Shown: piece by piece, positions 37,840-44,559 of the stretch
Position numbering within the stretch: position 1 is the stretch's first letter
Layout of the letters: the number at the start of each line of letters is the position of its first letter
Sequence record: NC_047769.1
DNA from: Escherichia phage AAPEc6
Length of the DNA stretch: 44,559 nucleotides
Reading direction: 5' to 3' (one strand)
The notes under the pieces: model-generated
What the model was told of the DNA's origin: nothing
Seen by the model: only the letters and a program-made list of their open reading frames with translations
Databases searched by the model: none
Made by a program: the position numbers and the translations under genes

Positions 37840-37885
37840 AGAGAAATAATAGGTAATATAGGTTAACCTAGGTTATATAGGTATG
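37840..37885 (+). other. AT-rich block of four phased TAGGT(A/T)A repeats; candidate secondary origin or regulatory site
   Basis: ATAGGTAAT, ATAGGTTAA, CTAGGTTAT, ATAGGTATG at about 9-10 bp spacing; followed by hairpin GGGTGTAC-TCCT-GTACACCC (37895-37914). Confidence 0.4.
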
Positions 37886-37960
37886 CCTTAGTATGGGTGT
37901 ACTCCTGTACACCCTATTCCTTACTACCTTACTATATTTACATAATAGGAGAGAGAGACA

Positions 37961-38239
37961 ATGGCTAATGATTATAGTAGTCAACCATTAACAGGTAAGT
38001 CTAAGCGAAAGCAGGTACAACCTGTAAGTGAAGCACTAATGCTTCCGGTAATCTCAAAAGAGGAAGCTAGTAAGAAAATCAATGTTATTAATGATGCCAC
38101 CAAATCAGGTAAACAGAAAGGGGCCATGGTGTGCCTTGAAGTGGAAGATGGTGTATTGAAGATTGCTATCGCGGTTGATGGCAAAGAAGATTCAGAGTGG
38201 AAGTTAGTGACAGTGGAACCCACTGTTACCCCAGCTTAA
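37961..38239 (+). CDS. Small protein, paralog A (92 aa)
   Basis: Shares the core SGKQKGAMV-LE...L-IA-A...W...VTPA with the next ORF. Confidence 0.6.
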   Translation: MANDYSSQPLTGKSKRKQVQPVSEALMLPVISKEEASKKINVINDATKSGKQKGAMVCLEVEDGVLKIAIAVDGKEDSEWKLVTVEPTVTPA

Positions 38240-38256
38240 GAGAAGGAGGAGGTTAC

Positions 38257-38550
38257 ATGGCTAAATATGGTACTACAGGTTCTGTTACTGGTCAGGCTTT
38301 TCGAGTAAAAGCAGTACAAACTATTGCAACGGCAATCCCGATGCCTGTTGTTAAAGAAGCAGACCTTAAGAGTAAAGATCACCCTATCAACATCAAACAC
38401 CTGTCAGGTAAGCAGAAAGGTGCAATGGTTGCTCTTGAGAAAGATGACACAACCTTACATATTGCTGTTGCACGTGGTAGTGAACCCACAGACTCTTGGG
38501 ATGTAACTGGTATGGAATCGCTCGCTGTCACTCCAGCAGGTGGAGAATAA
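38257..38550 (+). CDS. Small protein, paralog B (97 aa)
   Basis: AAGGAGGAGG RBS; paralogous to 37961..38239. Confidence 0.6.
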   Translation: MAKYGTTGSVTGQAFRVKAVQTIATAIPMPVVKEADLKSKDHPINIKHLSGKQKGAMVALEKDDTTLHIAVARGSEPTDSWDVTGMESLAVTPAGGE

Positions 38551-38894
38551 TGCTTAACAAATACTTCAAGCGTAAAGAGTTCGCTTGCCGTTGTGGGTGC
38601 GGTACATCCACTGTTGATGCTGAATTACTACAGGTAGTCACAGATGTGCGTGAGCACTTTGGTTCTCCTGTAGTTATCACTTCGGGGCATCGCTGTGCTA
38701 AGCACAATGCCAATGTAGGTGGCGCTAAGAACTCCATGCATCTTACTGGTAAGGCTGCTGACATTAAAGTGTCTGGCATATTACCTTCTGAAGTGCATAA
38801 GTATCTTACTAGCAAATACCAAGGCAAGTATGGTATCGGTAAGTATAACTCCTTCACTCACATCGATGTACGGGATGGTTGTGCGCGATGGTAA
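38550..38894 (+). CDS. Endolysin, peptidase M15-type zinc peptidoglycan hydrolase
   Basis: Motifs SGHRCAKHN, NSMHLTGKAADI, HID (H-x-D / H zinc-ligand pattern); TAATG overlap with the upstream ORF. Confidence 0.75.
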   Translation: MLNKYFKRKEFACRCGCGTSTVDAELLQVVTDVREHFGSPVVITSGHRCAKHNANVGGAKNSMHLTGKAADIKVSGILPSEVHKYLTSKYQGKYGIGKYNSFTHIDVRDGCARW

Positions 38895-39002
38895 GATGTG
38901 TTGAATGGTGTGAGCGTATGGTTGCCCAAGCTGCCGAGGATGGCAACTATGATGACTGGAAGAACTACTCTGACTTGTTAGCTCAATGGAAAGGGAGATG
39001 CA

Positions 39003-39152
39003 ATGAAAAAGCTGTTTAAGTCTAAGAAGGTTGTAGGTGCACTGGTTGCACTTGTTATTGCTCTTGTTTCTGTAGGTCTTGGTGTAGACCTTGGCTCTGG
39101 CACGGAATCCTCTGTGACAGATGTGGTCTGCCAAGTGATTACCTGTGAATAA
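39003..39152 (+). CDS. Small membrane protein (49 aa, basic N-terminus plus TM segment)
   Basis: GGGAGA RBS; MKKLFKSKKVVGALVALVIALVSVGLG. Confidence 0.4.
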   Translation: MKKLFKSKKVVGALVALVIALVSVGLGVDLGSGTESSVTDVVCQVITCE

Positions 39153-39366
39153 GTTTCTAGAAGTGCTGGCAGGTCTTATTGGCCTGCTTGTCTCTGCTAA
39201 GAAGAAACAAGAAGAGAAGGAGGCACAAAGTGAAGCGAATCATGTTAGTGACAATCCTGCTGATTGGTTCGCTGACCACTTCCGGGTGTCAGCAGGCGTT
39301 ACCAGAGAAAGCAATGGTGAAACCTCTGAGGCCGACGCTGACGGAAGTTTACGAGGTAGACGATAA
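39145..39366 (+). CDS. Candidate i-spanin (N-terminal TM then charged periplasmic domain); GTG start
   Basis: ORF track; TM segment FLEVLAGLIGLLVSA; overlaps the o-spanin candidate in another frame. Confidence 0.4.
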   Translation: MNKFLEVLAGLIGLLVSAKKKQEEKEAQSEANHVSDNPADWFADHFRVSAGVTRESNGETSEADADGSLRGRR

Positions 39367-39439
39367 GGTCTGCTTTAGTAAGCCTGACGCTACAAAATTA
39401 GGTTTGTATATTCTTTCGCTAGAACGCGGATATAATTAA
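39242..39439 (+). CDS. Candidate o-spanin lipoprotein (Rz1-like)
   Basis: MLVTILLIGSLTTSGC: signal peptide with lipobox-like TSGC; overlapping architecture. Confidence 0.45.
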   Translation: MLVTILLIGSLTTSGCQQALPEKAMVKPLRPTLTEVYEVDDKVCFSKPDATKLGLYILSLERGYN

Positions 39440-39468
39440 TACATAGCTTTATGTATCAGTGTCTTACG

Positions 39469-39492
39469 ATTTACTGGACACTATAGAAGAGG
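39469..39492 (+). promoter_or_regulatory. Phage promoter (ATTTACTGGACACTATAGAAGAGG) driving the tailspike genes
   Basis: Exact consensus; preceded by GTCTTACGAT half-site relic. Confidence 0.85.
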
Positions 39493-39570
39493 TAAGATAG
39501 CGCCGTTCTTTTGAGCGGCCTATTACTAGCCAATCTTCATAGGGAGGGTTGGAAAGTAATAGGAGATAGC

Positions 39571-41469
39571 ATGGCTAAATTAACCAAACCTAATACTGAA
39601 GGAATCTTGCATAAAGGACAATCTTTGTATGAGTACCTTGATGAGAGAGTTTTAACATCAAAGCCGTTTGGTGCTGCAGGTGACGCCACTACTGATGATA
39701 CGGAGGTTATAGCTGCTTCATTAAACTCTCAGAAAGCTGTCACAGTCTCAGATGGTGTATTCTCTAGCTCTGGTATTAATAGTAATTACTGTAACTTAGA
39801 CGGTAGGGGTAGTGGCGTGCTAAGTCACCGTTCCAGTACAGGTAACTACTTAGTATTTAACAATCTACGTGCAGGTCGTTTAAGTAATATTACGGTAGAA
39901 AGTAATAAGGCGACTGATACAACTCAGGGACAGCAGGTGTCTCTTGCTGGTGGAAGTGATGTTACTGTAAGTGACGTTAACTTCTCAAACGTTAAAGGTA
40001 CTGGTTTCAGTTTAATCGCATACCCTAATGATGCGCCACCTGATGGACTTATGATTAAAGGCATTCGAGGTAGCTATTCAGGCTATGCTACTAATAAGGC
40101 AGCAGGATGCGTACTTGCTGACTCCTCAGTTAACTCCCTCATAGATAACGTCATTGCTAAGAACTACCCTCAGTTCGGAGCAGTAGAGTTGAAAGGTACA
40201 GCCAGTTACAACATAGTCAGTAATGTTATAGGGGCAGATTGCCAGCATGTAACTTACAACGGCACTGAAGGGCCAATAGCTCCTTCTAATAACCTTATCA
40301 AGGGGATGATGGCTAATAACCCTAAGTATGCAGCGGTTGTTGCAGGCAAAGGAAGTACGAACTTAATCTCAGACGTGCTCGTAGATTACTCAACTTCTGA
40401 TGCTAGGCAGGCTCATGGTGTTACAGTAGAGGGTTCTGATAACGTCATAAATAATGTACTTATGTCAGGATGTGATGGTACTAACTCTTTAGGGCAAGGG
40501 CAGACTGCTACAATTGCACGCTTTATAGGTACAGCTAATAACAACTATGCGTCTGTATTTCCTAGCTACAGTGCTACAGGTGTTATTACTTTCGAATCCG
40601 GCTCTACCCGTAACTTCGTAGAGGTAAAGCACCCTGGCAGGAGAAACGACCTTCTCAGTTCTGCTAGTACTATTGACGGTGCAGCTACTATTGACGGCAC
40701 TAGTAATAGTAACGTAGTGCACGCACCTGCCTTAGGGCAGTACATAGGTAGTATGTCAGGTAGGTTCGAATGGCGGATTAAGTCCATGTCACTCCCTTCA
40801 GGCGTTCTTACTTCTGCTGATAAGTACAGAATGCTTGGAGATGGTGCTGTGTCATTAGCTGTAGGTGGGGGCACTTCTTCTCAAGTTCGCCTATTTACTT
40901 CTGATGGTACTTCTCGGGCAGTGTCCCTCACCAACGGTAACGTGCGTCTTTCTACCAGTAGCACAGGCTTTTTGCAGTTAGGTGCTGATGCAATGACCCC
41001 AGACAGTACTGGTACATACGCATTAGGTTCCGCCAGCCGAGCATGGTCTGGCGGTTTTACTCAAGCAGCATTCACTGTTACCTCAGATGCTCGGTGTAAA
41101 ACAGAACCTCTTACTATCTCAGATGCCTTACTGGATGCTTGGTCTGAAGTTGACTTTGTGCAGTTTCAGTATTTGGATCGTGTTGAGGAGAAGGGTGCAG
41201 ACTCAGCTAGATGGCACTTCGGTATCATCGCTCAGCGAGCTAAGGAGGCTTTCGAACGTCACGGTATAGATGCACATCGCTATGGCTTCTTGTGCTTCGA
41301 CAGTTGGGATGATGTATACGAGGAAGATGCCAATGGCTCTCGTAAACTGATTACACCAGCAGGTTCCCGCTACGGTATTCGTTACGAGGAAGTACTGATA
41401 TTAGAGGCTGCGTTGATGCGGCGGACTATTAAGCGTATGCAGGAAGCACTAGCTTCCCTGCCTAAGTAA
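39571..41469 (+). CDS. Tailspike capsule depolymerase, beta-helix lyase-like, with C-terminal intramolecular chaperone domain
   Basis: 632 aa from the ATG at 39571 (AGGAGA RBS); repetitive N/V/G/S beta-helix-like coils; C-terminal TSDARCK...HFGIIAQ shared with the next tailspike. Confidence 0.8.
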   Translation: MAKLTKPNTEGILHKGQSLYEYLDERVLTSKPFGAAGDATTDDTEVIAASLNSQKAVTVSDGVFSSSGINSNYCNLDGRGSGVLSHRSSTGNYLVFNNLRAGRLSNITVESNKATDTTQGQQVSLAGGSDVTVSDVNFSNVKGTGFSLIAYPNDAPPDGLMIKGIRGSYSGYATNKAAGCVLADSSVNSLIDNVIAKNYPQFGAVELKGTASYNIVSNVIGADCQHVTYNGTEGPIAPSNNLIKGMMANNPKYAAVVAGKGSTNLISDVLVDYSTSDARQAHGVTVEGSDNVINNVLMSGCDGTNSLGQGQTATIARFIGTANNNYASVFPSYSATGVITFESGSTRNFVEVKHPGRRNDLLSSASTIDGAATIDGTSNSNVVHAPALGQYIGSMSGRFEWRIKSMSLPSGVLTSADKYRMLGDGAVSLAVGGGTSSQVRLFTSDGTSRAVSLTNGNVRLSTSSTGFLQLGADAMTPDSTGTYALGSASRAWSGGFTQAAFTVTSDARCKTEPLTISDALLDAWSEVDFVQFQYLDRVEEKGADSARWHFGIIAQRAKEAFERHGIDAHRYGFLCFDSWDDVYEEDANGSRKLITPAGSRYGIRYEEVLILEAALMRRTIKRMQEALASLPK

Positions 41470-41554
41470 GCAACAGGCAGTGCGTAAGCACTGCTTTTAG
41501 CGCAACTTTTCTTAAAGGTTATCATGATGGTAGCCTTTCAGAAAAGGAGGTTAC

Positions 41555-43990
41555 ATGATTCAAAGACTAGGTTCTTCATTAGTTAAATTCAAGAGTAAAA
41601 TAGCAGGTGCAATCTGGCGTAACTTGGATGACAAGCTCACCGAGGTTGTATCGCTTAAAGATTTTGGAGCCAAAGGTGATGGTAAGACAAACGACCAAGA
41701 TGCAGTAAATGCAGCGATGGCTTCAGGTAAGAGAATTGACGGTGCTGGTGCTACTTACAAAGTATCATCTTTACCTGACATGGAGCGATTCTATAACACC
41801 CGCTTCGTATGGGAACGTTTAGCAGGTCAACCTCTTTACTATGTGAGTAAAGGTTTTATCAATGGTGAACTATATAAAATCACGGATAACCCTTATTACA
41901 ATGCTTGGCCTCAAGACAAAGCGTTTGTATATGAGAACGTGATATATGCACCTTACATGGGTAGTGACCGTCATGGTGTTAGTCGTCTGCATGTATCATG
42001 GGTTAAGTCTGGTGACGATGGTCAAACATGGTCTACTCCAGAGTGGTTAACTGATCTGCATCCAGATTACCCTACAGTGAACTATCATTGTATGAGTATG
42101 GGTGTATGTCGCAACCGCCTGTTTGCCATGATTGAAACACGTACTTTAGCCAAGAACGCACTAACCAATTGTGCATTGTGGGATCGCCCTATGTCTCGTA
42201 GTCTGCATCTTACTGGTGGTATCACTAAGGCTGCAAATCAGAGATATGCAACAATCCATGTACCTGATCACGGACTCTTCGTGGGCGATTTTGTTAACTT
42301 CTCTAATTCTGCGGTAACAGGTGTATCAGGTGATATGACTGTTGCAACGGTAATAGATAAGGACAACTTCACGGTTCTTACACCTAACCAGCAGACTTCA
42401 GATTTGAATAACGATGGAAAGAGTTGGCACATGGGTACTTCTTTCCATAAGTCTCCATGGCGTAAGACAGATCTTGGTCTAATCCCTCGTGTCACAGAGG
42501 TGCATAGCTTTGCTACTATTGATAACAATGGCTTTGTTATGGGCTATCATCAAGGTGATGTAGCTCCACGAGAAGTTGGTCTTTTCTACTTCCCTGATGC
42601 TTTCAATAGCCCATCTAATTATGTTCGTCGTCAGATACCATCTGAGTATGAACCAGATGCGGCAGAGCCATGCATCAAGTACTATGACGGTGTATTATAC
42701 CTTATCACTCGTGGCACTCGTGGTGACAGACTTGGAAGCTCTTTGCATCGTAGCAGAGATATAGGTCAGACTTGGGAGTCACTGAGATTTCCACATAATG
42801 TTCATCATACTACCTTACCTTTTGCTAAAGTAGGAGATGACCTTATTATGTTTGGTTCAGAACGTGCAGAAAATGAATGGGAAGCAGGTGCACCAGATGA
42901 TCGTTACAAGGCATCTTATCCTCGTACCTTCTATGCACGATTGAATGTAAACAATTGGAATGCAGATGATATTGAATGGGTTAACATCACAGACCAAATC
43001 TATCAAGGTGACATTGTGAACTCTAGTGTAGGTGTAGGTTCTGTTGTAGTTAAAGACAGCTACATTTACTATATCTTTGGTGGAGAAAACCATTTCAACC
43101 CAATGACTTATGGTGACAACAAAGATAGAGACCCATTTAAAGGTCATGGACACCCTACTGATATATACTGCTATAAGATGCAGATTGCAAATGACAATCG
43201 TGTATCTCGTAAGTTTACATATGGTGCAACTCCGGGTCAAGCTATACCTACTTTCATGGGTACTGATGGAATACGAAATATCCCTGCACCTTTGTATTTC
43301 TCAGATAACATTGTTACAGAGGATACTAAAGTTGGACACTTAACACTTAAAGCAAGCACAAGTTCCAATATACGATCTGAAGTGCAGATGGAAGGTGAAT
43401 ATGGCTTTATTGGCAAGTCTGTTCCAAAGGACAACCCAACTGGTCAACGTTTGATTATTTGTGGTGGAGAAGAGACTTCGTCCTCTTCAGGTGCACAGAT
43501 AACTTTGCACGGCTCTAATTCAAGTAATGCTAAGCGTATCACTTATAACGGAAATGAGCACCTATTCCAAGGTGCACCAATCATGCCTGCTGTAGATAAC
43601 CAGTTTGCTGCTGGTGGACCCAGTAACCGATTCACGACCATCTACCTAGGTAGTGACCCTGTTACAACTTCAGATGCTGACCACAAGTACGGTATCTCTA
43701 GTATTAATACCAAGGTGTTAAAGGCTTGGAGCAGGGTTGGTTTTAAACAGTATGGTTTGAATAGTGAAGCAGAGAGGAACCTTGATAGCATACACTTCGG
43801 TGTCTTGGCTCAGGATATTGTAGCTGCTTTTGAAGCTGAAGGGTTAGATGCCATTAAGTATGGAATTGTGTCCTTCGAAGAAGGTAGGTACGGTGTGAGG
43901 TATAGTGAAGTTCTAACCCTAGAGGCTGCTTATACTCGTTATCGTTTAGACAAGTTAGAGGAGATGTATGCCACTAATAGAATCAGTTAA
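41555..43990 (+). CDS. Tailspike endosialidase (endo-N-acetylneuraminidase) with C-terminal intramolecular chaperone domain
   Basis: 811 aa; two Asp-box motifs (SGDDGQTW, SRDIGQTW); C-terminal TSDADHK...HFGVLAQ; AAGGAGG RBS. Confidence 0.88.
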   Translation: MIQRLGSSLVKFKSKIAGAIWRNLDDKLTEVVSLKDFGAKGDGKTNDQDAVNAAMASGKRIDGAGATYKVSSLPDMERFYNTRFVWERLAGQPLYYVSKGFINGELYKITDNPYYNAWPQDKAFVYENVIYAPYMGSDRHGVSRLHVSWVKSGDDGQTWSTPEWLTDLHPDYPTVNYHCMSMGVCRNRLFAMIETRTLAKNALTNCALWDRPMSRSLHLTGGITKAANQRYATIHVPDHGLFVGDFVNFSNSAVTGVSGDMTVATVIDKDNFTVLTPNQQTSDLNNDGKSWHMGTSFHKSPWRKTDLGLIPRVTEVHSFATIDNNGFVMGYHQGDVAPREVGLFYFPDAFNSPSNYVRRQIPSEYEPDAAEPCIKYYDGVLYLITRGTRGDRLGSSLHRSRDIGQTWESLRFPHNVHHTTLPFAKVGDDLIMFGSERAENEWEAGAPDDRYKASYPRTFYARLNVNNWNADDIEWVNITDQIYQGDIVNSSVGVGSVVVKDSYIYYIFGGENHFNPMTYGDNKDRDPFKGHGHPTDIYCYKMQIANDNRVSRKFTYGATPGQAIPTFMGTDGIRNIPAPLYFSDNIVTEDTKVGHLTLKASTSSNIRSEVQMEGEYGFIGKSVPKDNPTGQRLIICGGEETSSSSGAQITLHGSNSSNAKRITYNGNEHLFQGAPIMPAVDNQFAAGGPSNRFTTIYLGSDPVTTSDADHKYGISSINTKVLKAWSRVGFKQYGLNSEAERNLDSIHFGVLAQDIVAAFEAEGLDAIKYGIVSFEEGRYGVRYSEVLTLEAAYTRYRLDKLEEMYATNRIS

Positions 43991-44117
43991 GCAATCTGCT
44001 GTACGCCAGAACACAGAAGAACTCATTCAATCAGGACGTGACCATAAGCAGGCATATGCCATTGCAAAGGATGTACAACGTCGTACCATGAAGAAACCTT
44101 CTGCATCTTCTGCGTAA
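43968..44117 (+). CDS. Small basic ORF (49 aa) overlapping the endosialidase 3' end
   Basis: GAGGAG 4 nt upstream of the ATG; below the ORF-track cutoff. Confidence 0.3.
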   Translation: MPLIESVKQSAVRQNTEELIQSGRDHKQAYAIAKDVQRRTMKKPSASSA

Positions 44118-44119
44118 GC

Positions 44120-44559
44120 AGGTTAATATCTTAGTGTACACAAGGGCAGACCTAGGTTTGCTCTTAGTGTATTTACAATGGAGGTCTTATGTATATACCT
44201 ATGGAAGCAATAGTAGGTGGCCTATGCTTGTTGATAGGTTTCGTTATAGGCTTAATAGCAAATCCTTAGTCCTGTACAAGGATTAACCAAAGTCAAAATT
44301 TTGATATAGGCGTGTGTCAGCTCTCTCGCCCTCGCCCTCGCCGGGTTGTCCCCATAGGGTGGCCTGAGGGAATCCGTCTTCGACGGGCAGGGCTGAGGTA
44401 CTCATTGGCTAGTACAAGGGAGGCGGAGGGAACGCCTAGGGAGGCCTAGGAATGGCTTAGTGGTGGACAAGGTGATTACCTTAGTGAAGCCTCTTAGTGC
44501 ATTCCTGAGGCCATTCAGGGCGTTTATGAGGGATTGACAGGGTGGGCGTGGGTGGGCTA
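44120..44559 (+). repeat. Right-terminal region: CTTAGTG repeats (about 6 copies) flanking a GC-rich block (44310-44450)
   Basis: Same heptamer family as at the left end; local GC-rich stretch with CCCTCG repeats is atypical for this genome. Confidence 0.55.
44189..44269 (+). CDS. Hydrophobic miniprotein (26 aa, single predicted TM)
   Basis: GGAGG 4 nt upstream of the ATG; MYIPMEAIVGGLCLLIGFVIGLIANP. Confidence 0.25.
   Translation: MYIPMEAIVGGLCLLIGFVIGLIANP

Noticed and set aside
1-44559. tRNA genes, integrase or repressor (lysogeny module)
   Set aside because: No cloverleaf-like segments or recombinase or repressor-like translations noticed; gene content is that of an obligately lytic podovirus. 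A tRNA scan was not run.

Overview
The window reads as an essentially complete genome of a lytic T7-supergroup podovirus (Autographiviridae) with SP6/K1-5-type organisation. All convincing genes are on the + strand; minus-strand ORFs look like shadow ORFs. Order, left to right: CTTAGTG repeat arrays; early genes including an unmistakable Ocr (T7 gp0.3) homolog; single-subunit RNA polymerase (3163-5790); a gene 1.1 homolog; primase-helicase; DNA polymerase; SSB-like protein; FEN-type exonuclease; endonuclease VII; metallophosphoesterase; ATP-dependent DNA ligase; GNAT acetyltransferase; portal, scaffold, major capsid, tail tubular A and B, three internal virion proteins (one with a T4-lysozyme-like domain), tail adaptor, holin, small terminase, an HNH endonuclease, large terminase, M15-peptidase endolysin with spanin candidates; then two tailspikes at the right end (a lyase-like depolymerase and an Asp-box endosialidase, both with C-terminal autocleaving chaperone domains). 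About a dozen copies of an SP6-like phage promoter (ATTTACTGGACACTATAGAAG) are present, plus two hairpin/T-run terminators. The most unusual features are a 16-bp perfect palindrome (GTCTCAC[A/G]TGTGAGAC) recurring at least six times, three promoter-linked AT-rich blocks of phased TAGGT(A/T)A repeats (origin-like), a tandem pair of paralogous small proteins between terminase and endolysin, two translationally coupled membrane miniproteins after the DNA polymerase, and a small helical protein with an SSB-like acidic C-terminal tail in a high-expression cassette. No tRNA, CRISPR, integrase or repressor was seen. All homology statements come from reading the translations against remembered family motifs; no database search was run.
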